DNA of 64,000 nucleotides. Source: Octopus vulgaris. Taxonomy: Eukaryota. Under the pieces are notes generated by a model. The model was given only the letters and a program-made list of their open reading frames with translations. It was not told where the DNA came from and made no database searches. Positions 16,317-29,545 of the stretch are shown one piece after another. Both the position numbers and the translations under genes were made by a program. Position 1 is the first letter of the stretch; the number at the start of each line of letters is the position of its first letter. Location of the stretch: positions 68,572,001 through 68,636,000 of the forward strand of contig OX597824.1 in assembly GCA_951406725.2 (NCBI GenBank), given 5' to 3'.

Positions 16317-16583
16317 CGTACATACATACATATATACATCTACACATAGATACATTACATTCATTCATACATGCATACATACGTACATACAAATACATAC
16401 ACACAAAGGCACATAGATGTATGCATACATACATAGTACGTACATACATACATACATACATATATATATATATACATCTACACACGGATACATTACATTC
16501 ATTCATACATGCATACATACGTACATACATACAAATACATATACACAAAGGCACATAGATGTATGCATACATACATACATACA

Positions 16584-16617
<34 letters not shown>

Positions 16618-16740
16618 CATCTACACATAGATACATTACATTCATTCATACATGCATACATACGTACATACATACATATACATACATACAAAGGCACATA
16701 GATGTATGCATACATACATACATACATACATACATACATA
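16317..16740. repeat. Compound minisatellite, three ~140-160-bp units built from (ATAC)n
   Basis: catctacacatagatacattacattcattcatacatgc...aaaggcacatagatgtatgc recurs at ~16337, ~16475 and ~16618. Confidence 0.8.
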
Positions 16741-16897
16741 CATACATACATACATACATACATACATACATACATTCCTCTATGCATACACACGTACATG
16801 ACTACCCAACTGATGTTCAATAACGTTTCAATGAAAGAGCCAAGATTCTGGGTTAGTAACAACCTCTCTACATTGTTGAGAAACACAAAATGCACAA

Positions 16898-16940
<43 letters not shown>

Positions 16941-16976
16941 CACACACACACTAACACGCTCTCTCTCTCTCTCTCC

Positions 16977-17073
<97 letters not shown>

Positions 17074-17140
17074 CCTCTCCACCTCTCTCCACCTCTCTCT
17101 CTCCACCTCTCTCTCCACCTCTCTCTCCACCTCTCTCTCC

Positions 17141-17216
<76 letters not shown>

Positions 17217-17572
17217 CACACACATAGACAGATACACACACATACAAACGGTTATTTGCTAGGATTTTGTGATTACAAAGATTCGTTATTAATATAACCA
17301 ATAACTTCTTTACTGGCAATTCAAAGAATTCTACTAGCAAAATCTATAATGCTTATATATACTTACATACAAGCGCGCGCGCACACACACACATACTGAA
17401 ACACATATATAATGTGGATGTGTGTGTGTTTACATATATGTAATATAGATTTTGCCCTTAGAATTCATTGGATAGCTAACAAAGCATTTATTGGTTATGT
17501 TAATAACCGGTCCTTGTACTCAAAAATTCCAAACATCTTACCACGCGCGCGCGCGTTTGTAAATATATATAT

Positions 17573-17622
<50 letters not shown>

Positions 17623-17669
17623 AGAGAGAGGGAGAGAGGAGAGAGAAAGACAGACAGACAGATACATAG

Positions 17670-17731
<62 letters not shown>

Positions 17732-17792
17732 TATGTGTTTGTGTATATCTATATCTATATCTATCTATCTATCTATCTATCTATATATATAG

Positions 17793-17824
<32 letters not shown>

Positions 17825-17967
17825 GTAGGTATATGAATACATATATATATGTATATATATACGTATATATATGTATGTATACGCATATATATATGTGTGT
17901 GTGTGTATATACATATATGTATATATATATAGGTGTATGTGTGTGTGTGTGTATATATATATGTATG

Positions 17968-18004
<37 letters not shown>

Positions 18005-18607
18005 GTATCTATTTATGCAAGTATTTATGTATCTGTGTGTTTGTATGTATGTATGTATGTATACATGTAGGTATGTATATGTGAATGTATGTATGTGCGT
18101 GTGTGTGTTTGTGTGTGTGTGTATGTGTTTGTGTGTGTGTGTAATGAGAAAGAGCGGGCGAGATAGAAGAAAAAGAAAAGATGAAAAGGAAATGAAGAGG
18201 ATGGAGAGAGACAGTAAATAAGAGACTTGTTAAGATGGCTGTTTTCTCATTCTCTTTCCCGCTCTCTCTCTTTCCCCTTCTCTCTCTCTCTCTCTCATTG
18301 TTCCTATCTTTCTCTCTCCTTACCTCCCTCTATTCCCCGCCATTCTCTCTGTGTATCAGAAACCAAAGATATTTTGTCTTGTTTGTTTACAATTTCTCTG
18401 TCTCTTCGATAAATATGATTTGTATACGATATTATTTGTATACAACATGGAAATGTGATACACAGATTGGATACCACTGTTTCTAAGCGTTGTAGACAAC
18501 TCTCGGAGAATTCTTTGCATTGCCAACAATGAAATTATTGGTTGCATTGGCATTCTTTGTTATCACAATAAGCCTAGCATATAACTGTTTCTGTGTGTGA
18601 GTATGTG

Positions 18608-18695
<88 letters not shown>

Positions 18696-18948
18696 TCACT
18701 AACTGAGTATCCCGTCGTTGCCAAACAACGTTCACAATAGAATACCTTTATTTCAATTTTTGTTTTGTTCTATGCCAGACCATGTCTTCTCCAATGGTTA
18801 GGCCTCTTGATCACGACAGATCTCTGCATTATTAGGGGGCAATTTATTATTTATCGATAAAGTAAGTATTTTTTTTTTTCCATTTGGTGCACAAATGTAA
18901 AGATTTTTCTTAGCTCACTGCTGATGCTTCGTGAGCCTTTCGATATTG

Positions 18949-18999
<51 letters not shown>

Positions 19000-19164
19000 G
19001 GGAGAGAGAGAGAGAGAGAGAGAGAGATCTTTTCTATTGGTATCATAAATTTTGAAATTTTATAATAAAGTGAAAATTTTCAAATTTGATATATTGATGT
19101 ACATTTTTACGTTGAATCTGATTTTGTGATTCACTTATTCCAGAAAAAGTTTTTAGAAATTGTT

Positions 19165-19555
19165 AGGCGTGTGAGTGGCTGTGTGGTAAGTAGCTTGCTT
19201 ACGAACCAGATGATTCCGGGTTCATTGCCACTGCGTGGCACCTTGGGCAAATGTCTACTCGGGCCGACCAAAGCTTTGTGAGTGAATTTGGTAGACGGAG
19301 ACTGAAAGAAGCCCGTCTTATATATGTATGTGTATATGTTTGTGTGTCTGTGTTTGCCCCCCCCCCCTCCAACATCGCTTGACAACCGATGCTGGGTGTG
19401 TTTACGTCCCTGTACCTTAGCGGTTCGACGAAAGAGAAGTCCGATAGAATAAGTCCTAGGCTTACAAAGAATAAGTCCTGGGATAGATTTGCTCGACTAA
19501 AGGCGGTGCTTCAGCATAGCCGCAGTCAAATGACTGAAACTAGTAAAAGAGTAAA
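19165..19555 (+). mobile_element. SINE family B
   Basis: Head gagtggctgtgtggtaagtagcttgct through tail gactgaaactagtaaaagag. Confidence 0.85.
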
Positions 19556-19718
19556 CAAATAAATAAAAAAGAGATATTAAGTTTGATAGTTATTTCCCAA
19601 TCAAAAAACAAGATTTTTGAAGCTCGCATTTTCTGCGTGATAGCTGTCTATCATAAAATGAAGCTAAACATTACAATTACGAAATTCTAAACAAAATGAA
19701 AGTAATTACATGTCATAT

Positions 19719-19782
<64 letters not shown>

Positions 19783-19999
19783 GGAGAGAGGGAGAGAGGG
19801 AGAGATAGGTTTAGCAGGTGCGAGAGCGTGATAAACGGTGTAGTAAATATATATATAAAGTGAAGAGAGAAAGACTGATACAGACATGACAAGTAAATAG
19901 TCACCCTTATAATCGTTAAAATTCATTTAAACCTGAAATTATACATACAAATTATTTATTAATTATTTATTAATTATCATAATGTGAATACCTAATATT

Positions 20000-20690
20000 T
20001 TGTAGACATGCCCATTGCATTTTTTAATGCGAGTACCCTATTAGGCATGCTTTTGATCAGATGACGAATATTCTATTGCGGAATTTCTTGTCAAGTTTCA
20101 TGCAGTAATCTCAGAAGATTTGGCTTTGAGGATGCTTTCTAGTTCTATTTGCGAGATGTCCTGTCCATTATGCCCCAGATATGTTCAATAGGGTTCATAT
20201 CTGGTGACTGGCTTGGTCAGGAGAGCTTTTTAGTGTCATTCTCTTCCAACCAATCTTGGGTCTTTTTAGCCGTGTCACGAGGAGTGTCATCTTCCATAAA
20301 TAGCTTTCTTTAATCATTTCACCACCGAGAAGATTGGAAGGAGCCTTTCCTGCAATATGGACACATATTTACCTGAGTTTGTGTTTCCCTCACAGTCCAC
20401 CAGTTCTGATCGACCGTTGCTCCAAATTGTTTCCAGACCATCACAGAATAGCCGCCGTGTTTCTTTGTTGGCTGTAAACTTTTCCCGTCAAATTCTTTAT
20501 CACAGTCTCCCGATCCACAATCAACAATTGTCAGAAAATACAGCAAATCTGAGCTCTTCAGAGAATATAGCAGTGCCCGAAAATGTTAGTCGCCTCTCGC
20601 CCATCTCAGTGGCCCAGCCTTTTCTCCGCTTGACATTGGCTGGTCGAAAAAGTAGCCTCCTTCTTGCTGCTCTGCCATAGTAATCCTTGT
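20000..20690 (-). pseudogene. Tc1-family DDE transposase remnant (frameshifted)
   Basis: Minus-strand fragments GRAARRRLL..NVKRRKGWA, IFSEE.RF, LQPTKKHGGYSVMVW, FMEDDTPRDTAK and PSQSPDMNPIEHIW are Tc1 transposase motifs. Confidence 0.85.
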
Positions 20691-21005
20691 ATTGGACTTT
20701 GAAGGGTGAAGGAGTTCGCTTCGTAATCACGATGTCCCGGGTTCGATCCCAGAGTGTGTGGTATCTCGAGCAATTGCCTTTTACCATTGCTTCGGGTCGA
20801 TCTGTACTTCGTAAGAAAATTAGAGGAGATGAAAGCTGTAAGCGAAACCTTCGAACGGTTTCTACCAGTGTTTTGTGTTTCTATGTTTTCACATTATGTC
20901 ACGCCGATTCTACCCGAGGGCTACACTAATATTAGTCTCAATTTTAGGTACAAGTCTAGCAAGTCCAGAACGGAGGATTAAGTCGATTACACCGACTCCA
21001 ATGGT

Positions 21006-21244
21006 GGATCTTTTCACTTTGATCGGCAGATTTGAAAAATAATTTCTTTGTAAGTCAACACGTTTAAACTTCGTATACTGATAGAATGTGTCACATAAAA
21101 CAACTTTTTCTCTTGGCGTTCTTGAGAAAATTCTGTAGTTTGTAAGCTATTTATTGTTAAGTTTCTTGTATTTTGGCAATTTCAACCATTCAATGATGTC
21201 TATTGAGGTGAATACAATTGCTGCCGGTCAAAGTGAAAAGATCC
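21006..21244. mobile_element. MITE related to 9978-10410, inserted in a family C SINE
   Basis: TIRs ggatcttttcactttgatcggcag and ctgccggtcaaagtgaaaagatcc; ccaatggt duplicated on both flanks. A truncated relative lies at ~2606-2824. Confidence 0.8.
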
Positions 21245-22050
21245 ACCAATGGTTAACTGGTACTTATTTTATCGACTCCGAAAGAATAAAATGCAAAGTC
21301 GACCTCGGCGGAATTTGAACTCAGACCGTAAAGACAGACTAAATGCCCCTAAGCGTTTTACACAACGTGCTGACGATTCTGCCAGTTTGACACATATGAA
21401 CTACACCAACATTAAGCATATCCGTGGAACGCTTGATCACTTACGCGTTAGTTCAAATGAGCGTTTAATACAGTTGATGTAACAAGTGAATCGAATGTCC
21501 ATCGTCAAATTCGACGGAAACCCATTTAGATAAATATCTTCCATATGAGAAATAGTTTTCTTACATTTGTCCTTAGATCTCAGAATATTTCCTTCCTGTT
21601 GGTGCAAATGTGCATTGTTTAGCAACAACGACATCTCATAGAGGAAGTTCGGACCTTAATTACATTTTGAAGAAGCTACTGATCACGTGTTAACATTTAC
21701 ATGACACGTGACATAATCGACATATTCATTCGCAATTGTAACGCGTTTCATGGACACTTTTTGTTCAACAGATATTTAATAGCTGAGAACAAGGATGATA
21801 AAACTAGCGATGAATTAGATTACAAAGGCATAACCTTTAGAATAAAGTGTTGTAAAGGTCAGAAGTCCAAGAAAGGTTACCCTTTGAGTGTGAAACCGTT
21901 AATAAAAACGAAAGGAGATCGTGGAGCTTTTTAAGATATAACGTCAGTTTATTTTATATTTAGGGTTAAGATAAACCTTTTGCATGCGTTGGAGAAATTT
22001 TCTGTTATACCATGAAGGTCTTCGTGCGTGTGGCTCAAAAGAGCTACAGC

Positions 22051-22081
<31 letters not shown>

Positions 22082-22347
22082 CATAATCAAAATAAGCAAC
22101 AAGGGATATCCAGAATTAATGCAGTAGGATCGTTTTATGTAACTCCATTTAATTGAACAATGCAATCATTACATCAATATAAAATGTAGAGCAATCTTCA
22201 GCTGCACAAAGACATAGAATTCAATTAAATTAGAACAGATAGACACATTAGTATAATTATTTTGATTTTAATCACCTCATTTTGAAATTGTATGGATAAT
22301 ACCGTACTAAATTCTGGTGCCACAACTTAAGCATCGTATTCATCTGA

Positions 22348-22447
<100 letters not shown>

Positions 22448-22462
22448 CTCACCGTCTCTCTC

Positions 22463-22493
<31 letters not shown>

Positions 22494-22626
22494 CTATATA
22501 TATATATATAAAAACTTGGAGAAGAGAAATAACGCGTGCGTACGGTCATATAGTAATATAATAAATAAATAAAATATATGCATACATACATATATGTACA
22601 TACTTACATCTACATGTATATATACA

Positions 22627-22692
<66 letters not shown>

Positions 22693-23056
22693 TACAGGAA
22701 ACCACAAATAAACGTACAACACAACGAGAAACGAGAACATAAGATCAAACAAGGAAACGGACTTTTTTTTAAACAACGAAAAAACAGAGTATAGGACAAA
22801 CAATACAAGGAAAATTCCCCTTCATCAGCTGTCCCTGGTTCGACTCAAAGTGTGTTTCGAAGGTAAGGACAGAACACAGTCGAATCAGTCCTTCCTGCAA
22901 AAGGAATTAAATAAAATTATTTTGCGGAGGGGTAAAACAAGTGACAAAAACAGGACGTAAAAGCAATACAAATGAAGAAAAAACAATACAAATGAAGAAA
23001 AAACAGTACAAATAAAGAAACAGGACAGGGAACAGACAATAATATATATATATATG

Positions 23057-23105
23057 GAAGCTCCTTAAGAAGGACGTAATTTAGTCTTGGAACATGTAGA
23101 GCTTT
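23057..23105 (+). ncRNA. Degenerate minimal hammerhead ribozyme motif
   Basis: agctc-CTTAAGA-aggac gtaattta gtctt-GGAA-catg-TA-gagct: stems intact, two core substitutions. Confidence 0.45.
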
Positions 23106-23224
23106 CACCGTAGACACATAGTGGTTAATTGTATATGGTGTGATATTTACAATGTAAAATTCTGGACATTGCCTAGTCTATCGCTGCATGTCTTTAGATC
23201 TTTTTTTAGTGGCTGGTGTGTGAA

Positions 23225-23553
23225 GGCGCATGACTTAGTAGTTAGAGCGTCGGGCTCACAATCATGAGATAGTGAGTTCGATTCCTGGACTTGGTTGTGT
23301 ATTGTGTTCTTGAGCGAGACACTTCATTTCACGTTGCTCCAGTTCACTCAGCTGTAGAAATGAGTTGCGACGTCACTGGTGCCAAGCTATATCGGTCTTT
23401 GTCGTTTCCTTGGATAATATTAGCGGCATAGAAAGGGGAGGATGGTATGCATGGATGACTGCTGGTCTTCCATAAACAACTTTTCCCGGACTTGTACCAC
23501 GAAGGGGAACTTTCTAGGTGTAATCCCATGGTCATTCATAAACGAAGGGGGTC
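23225..23553 (+). mobile_element. tRNA-derived SINE (family D)
   Basis: A/B-box-like head (tgacttagtag, gagttcgattcc) followed by gtgttcttgagcgagacact core; related fragments at ~1430-1525 (minus) and ~6420-6510. Confidence 0.75.
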
Positions 23554-23854
23554 ATTTGTGTCCGCTGTGGAGGTTAAACACTCAATAAGCTACTGCCCTT
23601 TGAACTTAATAGTAATGGTACATATAAATCATAGCGTAGGTGCAGTATGGCCGAATGCTTAAGATGTTTACTTCGCGACCACGAGGTTGTGGGATCGGAC
23701 CCAAAGCATGACATCTTAGGCAAATATCATTTTCTGTAGAATCGGGTCGACCCATACCTTGCACATGAAATTAAGGTTAGAGAAAGGAACTGTACATGAA
23801 TATCCATCCATCCATCCGTCCGTCCGTCGGTCCGTCTGTCTATCTATCTATCTG

Positions 23855-23913
<59 letters not shown>

Positions 23914-24173
23914 CTCTCTCTCTCTCTATATATATAGGGGTTTGTATGATTGTGTATAGAGAGATATATATTATTCAAAGAAATTCCAACTCTGTTTTTA
24001 TGTTTTATTTATATTCTTTATAATATAAATGTAGAATATAGAATATATAATATAACTAATATAGATATAGTAAAATGAAATGAAGTATTGTATATATATT
24101 ATTTATACTATATATATTCTATATTCTACATTAATATAAATAAAACATAAAAAACAGAGTTGGAATTTCTCTG

Positions 24174-24227
<54 letters not shown>

Positions 24228-24288
24228 GTCAAGGATCGAACAAAGAATACAAGGAGAAATAGATACATACATACACACACACATACAT

Positions 24289-24321
<33 letters not shown>

Positions 24322-24795
24322 TACATACATACATACATACATACATACATACATACATACATACATACATACATACATACGTACATACATACATACATAC
24401 ATACGTACATGCATACACGCACACACACGCACATGCACACACTATATGCATAATCCAAATAAGAAGACAAAGAAAGACTTTAAGGATCAATTGTAATTAC
24501 TATCTGCATCAAACGTTCCACGTGAAAACTTACGTAATATTTGCGGTTTTAAACTTTAGAGTGGCACCTCTTCAGACCTGCATCAAAGGCGCGTTCCTGC
24601 ATTATCAATGTAAGAGCGCATTTACCTGCCTGCCGGCCTGTCGGTTTGTCTACTTAGCTGGTTGGCTGTTTGTCTGTTTATCTGCCTGTTTGCTTGTTTT
24701 GCTGTCAATACGTTTATGTCTGTCTGTTTTCTCTCTGTATGTATGTATATCATTGTTCAGTTTTGTTTCAAGATTTCTTGCCAATAGAGAAAGAT

Positions 24796-25023
24796 ATTTC
24801 TTTATTGCCCACAATGGGGCTAAACATAGAGGGGACAAACAAGGACAGACAAAGGGATAAAGTCGATTACATCTACCCAAGTGAGTAACTGGTACTTAAT
24901 TTATCGACCCCGAAAGGATGAAAGGCAAAGTCGACCTCGGCAGAATTTGAACTCACAACGTAGCGGCAGACGAAATACGGCTACGCATTTCGCCCGGCGT
25001 GCTAAAGCTTCTGCCAGCTCGCC
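24796..25023 (-). mobile_element. SINE family C
   Basis: Head ggcggcgagctggcag...gagttcaaattc; 16-bp TSD gccaatagagaaagat at 24780-24795 and 25024-25039. Confidence 0.9.
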
Positions 25024-26294
25024 GCCAATAGAGAAAGATCCGGTTTCTAACCTAGATCTAAGGCTACTTCGTCGGAATTTCAACATCAACAACGGTATTT
25101 TTGTGTGTATGTATGTATGTGTGTATGTATGTATGTATGTATGTATGTATGTATGTATGTATGCATGCATGCATGCATGCACGCATGCAGGTATGTATGT
25201 ATGGATGGATGAATGGATAGATGGATGTGTGCAGATGTTTTGCTTTATGCATGTATTCTCATGCATATAGTTGCATATCTAGACATGCTCATAAATATTT
25301 GAATAAGTATGTATGTATGCATGTATGTATGTATGCATGTATGTATGTATGCATGTATGTATGTATGCATGTATGTATGTATGTATGTATGTATGTATGT
25401 ATGTATGTATGTGTACAGATTTGTATGTTTTGCTTTATGTATGTACTCTCATGTATATATATGCTTATCTAGACTTGCACGTATATATTTAAATGATAAA
25501 CTTCTGGAAAGTTTTACAGGTTTTTTACAGTTCCAGTGAGGGTGGGTCTGTAGTCTTCGAATTAGCTTTCTCCTTTCTGGTTTTGTATGTATGCATGTAT
25601 GTATGTATGTATGTATGTATGTATGTATGTATGTATGTATGTATGTATGTATGTATGTATGTATGTATGTATATCTGTGTGCCTGCTTGCTACATGCCTG
25701 TACTTACCTATCTTTGATCTGTTTGTATGTCTGTCAGCTGCCTGTATGCCTGCCTACCTGCCCTCCTGAGTTTCTGCGTGCCTTTCTGTCTGGCCGCTTG
25801 ACTGCCGCCTGTCTGCCCGTCTGTCTATCAGTCTGTATGTTCTCTCTTCTCTCTCTCTCTCTCTCTCTCACACTCCATCTCTCTCTTTCTCTCTCGTTGA
25901 TCTCCAATATTCTGTGTTTTACAACAGCTTAGAAAATGTGGAAAAACAGTGAGGGAATGAGACTAACAGAGTGAAGGAGGAAGGGAAACACTGAAGAGAA
26001 GGAAGGAGAATATCAGAGAAATCACCAATTAGATGGAAAGTAAAGAGGGGAAGACTGAAAGTGGGAGGGGGAGGAATGAAGTGAAAGTGAAAGTAGAGAA
26101 GAAACAGAGTGGTAAACAGGAATAGAGAGTGAAATAAATTAACGAGAGAGTAAGGAGTGAGAGGGAGGAAGGTGAATATAACAAGCAGAAGAGAAACACT
26201 GAAGAAGTAAAACGTAAACCAAAACGTATTTATTGGTTCATATATTTATGTAATAAACACACACATACACACACACACATACATACATACATAC

Positions 26295-27238
26295 TGTTAT
26301 GAGTAGGTCAATTCAGGGACAGTGCTTGCGACCGACTTTTGTGAGTAAATCCTTTGTCCTGTCAGATTCAGGTGGATTGATGAGTTCTGGGGAGACCTTC
26401 GACCCTTTTCAGGTGAAAGAAAGTTCGAGGAAACACCCCTTTAAAAAGCAGAAGATGTGAGCTTGTTAAAACAGTCGGCCGGCAGCTCTAGCAGAGACGG
26501 GACTGATACGAGGGCGGTCGGTAGAGGAGGACGGACAGGGAATCTGAGGAGCTGACGAGCGAGAGAATGGCAGCGTAGAGGAAGACAGACAGATAGTATT
26601 ACGGAGCTAAGAGAGAGGGACTACGGTGTGAGGGCACTGGCTGTTGTAACGGTATGTGTTTATTTATGTTCAGATATGTGGAAAAAAAGAAAGAAAAAGG
26701 AAAAAGAAATGTAAAAGAATTGATGTGTTGAAAAAAGAGAAAGAAGGAAAAAAGGGAAAAGAAAGAACAGTGCTAAAGAGATTATAAACAACATTGTAAA
26801 TTGTGTTACAGAGTTGTTGAAAAAGAAGGAGAAAGACTCTAATGTAGAACTGATTTGTCTCTGAACTATAATGTGAACGTTAAAGTGATTTGAACTGTTG
26901 TCTCTGAACTGTATATTGTATCTGCATGTTTTAACTTGATTTGTTGTTTTCTTGCATGTATTTTATTTATGTTGTAATAATTGTATAAACTGTTGTTAAA
27001 TGTAGCCAATTGCCTTCCGCCGTCTCTCTTTGTCTCTCTTCCTGTTGTTGTTGTTGTTGTTGTTATCTCCGGTCGCCGGTTGCCGGGTTCGCTGCCGCCT
27101 TCCCCCGCCGAATTCTCTCTCTCTCTGAGTTCGTGGCGAATTCACCGATCGATCGGGCCGGTAAATCGTCGTCGCTCGACTTGGTAGGGTCCCGGGTTTT
27201 CCGAAGAGTTTGAGCGACGGCAGGTGGATTTCGTAACA
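26295..27238. mobile_element. Solo LTR (Gypsy-like), 944 bp
   Basis: TGttatga...tcgtaaCA termini with short inverted repeat; 4-bp TSD atac within an (ATAC)n tract; no coding sequence. Confidence 0.75.
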
Positions 27239-27821
27239 ATACATACATACATTCATTCATACATACATACATACATACATACATACATACATACATACAT
27301 ACATACATACATACATGCGTAGCACCTTGGGCAAGTGTTTTCTACTATAGCCTTTTGTGAGTGGATTTGGTAGGCGGAAACTGAAAGAAGCCTATCGTGT
27401 ACATATGTGTGTGTGTGTTTGTGTGTGTGTGTGTATGTGTGTGTGTGTGTATATATGTGTATATGTGTGTGTGCCTTTGTATCTGTGTTTGTGCCCCCCC
27501 TCCCATCACATCACCGATTGACCACTGGTGTTGCTGTGTTTACTTGCCCGTAACCTAGCGGTTCGGCAAAACACACCGATAGGATAAGTACCAGGCTTAA
27601 GAAACAAGCCCTGGGGTCGATTTGTTTGACTAAAACCCTTCAAAGCGGTGATCCAGCATGGCCGCAGTCACAGAGAGAGAGGAAGGGAAACACGGAAGGG
27701 AAGGAAGATGAATATCAAAGAATGACAGAAACAAGTAAAAAAAATAATATATACATACAAACATATATATATATATATATATGTGAATATATATACATAC
27801 ATACATACATACATACATACA

Positions 27822-27895
<74 letters not shown>

Positions 27896-28017
27896 AATAT
27901 GCTGAGAATAGACTTTAAATCGCCAATCACCATATTACAATATACATTCACCATGAATACACGTCGTGCTGAAATCGAGGAAGGCAAGCTAACAGAATTT
28001 TTTTTAAAGTCTGTTAT

Positions 28018-28061
28018 CTCTATATTGAATCAATTTCGGGATTTTCCCCTCCTTAGTAGAG
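28018..28061 (-). ncRNA. Type-I hammerhead motif (core G5 to A)
   Basis: Minus strand: ctcta-CTAAGGA-gggg aaaa tccc-GAAA-ttgattcaa-TA-tagag. Confidence 0.55.
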
Positions 28062-28546
28062 AATACGATAAGAAATAAATGAAAAACTTACAACCACCCA
28101 TGGAAAAAAGCAGAATCAAGAGTCATAAGTACACATAAGTACCTCAGTTATATCTAAATGTAAAATCCTTTAGCAAGCCTCAGCACACATGTGACTGGTC
28201 ACGAACCACAACTTTTTGTGGTTACCAGTACCGAAGTGAATGGTAATAAATTTACTTCTAATATAGGATAAAAAATTTTCCAAAAAAAATTCATCAAAGT
28301 GGTAGCATATTAAGATACTTTTAAAAGTGAAAATTATGAACAATTATAAACAAGGGCAAAAGAAAATATATTTCTATGCCGATATGCTGAGGCTTGTTAA
28401 AAATTTCTATGAGGCTTGCTAAAAATTTCTAGGCCAGTGTGCTGAGGCTTGCTAAAAGATTTTGCATTTAGATATAACTGGGGTACTTATGTGTACACAT
28501 GACTCTTGCTTCTGCTTTTTTCCATTTCATTTATCTCTTATCGTAT

Positions 28547-28605
28547 TCTCTACTGAAGAGGGAAAAATCCGTAGAATTAATCCCGAAATTTATTCAATAT
28601 AGAGA
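28547..28605 (+). ncRNA. Type-I hammerhead ribozyme with canonical core
   Basis: tctcta-CTGAAGA-ggga...tccc-GAAA-tttattcaa-TA-tagaga: 6-bp stem I, 4-bp stem II, AUA cleavage triplet. Confidence 0.75.
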
Positions 28606-28851
28606 TAAGGAATTAAAAAAAAATTCTGTTAGCTTGCCCTTCTCGATTTCTGCACAACGTGTATTTTTAGTGAATGTATATTGCAATGTGGTGATTGACG
28701 ATTTAAAGTCTGTTCTCAGCGTATTGGCATGGGAATTATTTTCTTTTACCCTTGTTTCTAATTGTTTATAATTTTCACCTTTAAAGGTACTTTAATATGC
28801 TGCCACTTCAATGAAATTTCTTTTGGAAAAAAATGTTATCCTATATTAGAA

Positions 28852-28897
<46 letters not shown>

Positions 28898-29271
28898 ACG
28901 CACACACACACACACAATATGGGGCTCTAGTTCACAGGTGATCCAAACGATTAAGTATGCTAGGTAGATGCTGTAACGGACTACTAGGGCTCCAAGGTTA
29001 TAACCGACACAGTAGTTATGGCGCCATTCCAGATTTCCGATATAGCAGATATATAATTATTAAAGAGAACAAAAAAGTTAAGGCAAGGCAATTATCTCAA
29101 GTCATATACATTATTATTATTATTGGAAAAAAGAAAATTCAAAGTCTTACAGCTGTTTCTAGGATATCCCTGAATTTTGCCTTGCCTTGACGCTTATATA
29201 TAATTTCTTTTCCGTAATGAGATAAAAAAAAACACAAGGCCATGTAGATTTTAGAACATTTATAAATAGAA

Positions 29272-29320
29272 GGTTTTACAGCTGTTTCTGGGATATTTAT
29301 TATATCCCTTCACCAGAAAC
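29272..29320 (-). ncRNA. Minimal PLE hammerhead motif
   Basis: Minus strand: gttt-CTGGTGA-agggatat aataa atatccca-GAAA-cagctg-TA-aaac; palindromic stem III cagctg. Confidence 0.65.
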
Positions 29321-29545
29321 GGTGTGAGAAGATGGTTAAGCAATAGTTAATTTAGATAAGATACGAAGTAGAGAGTGAGGTGGAGGAATGAAAATAGATG
29401 TGAGATATGCAGGGATATTGTATTTGTAGATCCATTATTTAGGCAGAATGGTATACATATAAGATTCCAATACCTTATGAGTAAAATCCAATAGTATTTA
29501 AAATTGGTCCTTCCAAGTATAGAGTTTATACACAGTGTTATTGAA

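Larger units (their letters stand above)
27893..28853. mobile_element. Hammerhead-containing ~485-bp repeat unit (retrozyme-like), one more-than-unit-length copy plus an inverted copy
   Basis: 27893-28188 is the reverse complement of ~28437-28728; 28254-28380 matches ~28730-28853; unit start gcc(a/g)atatgctgag recurs at ~28378. Confidence 0.7.
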
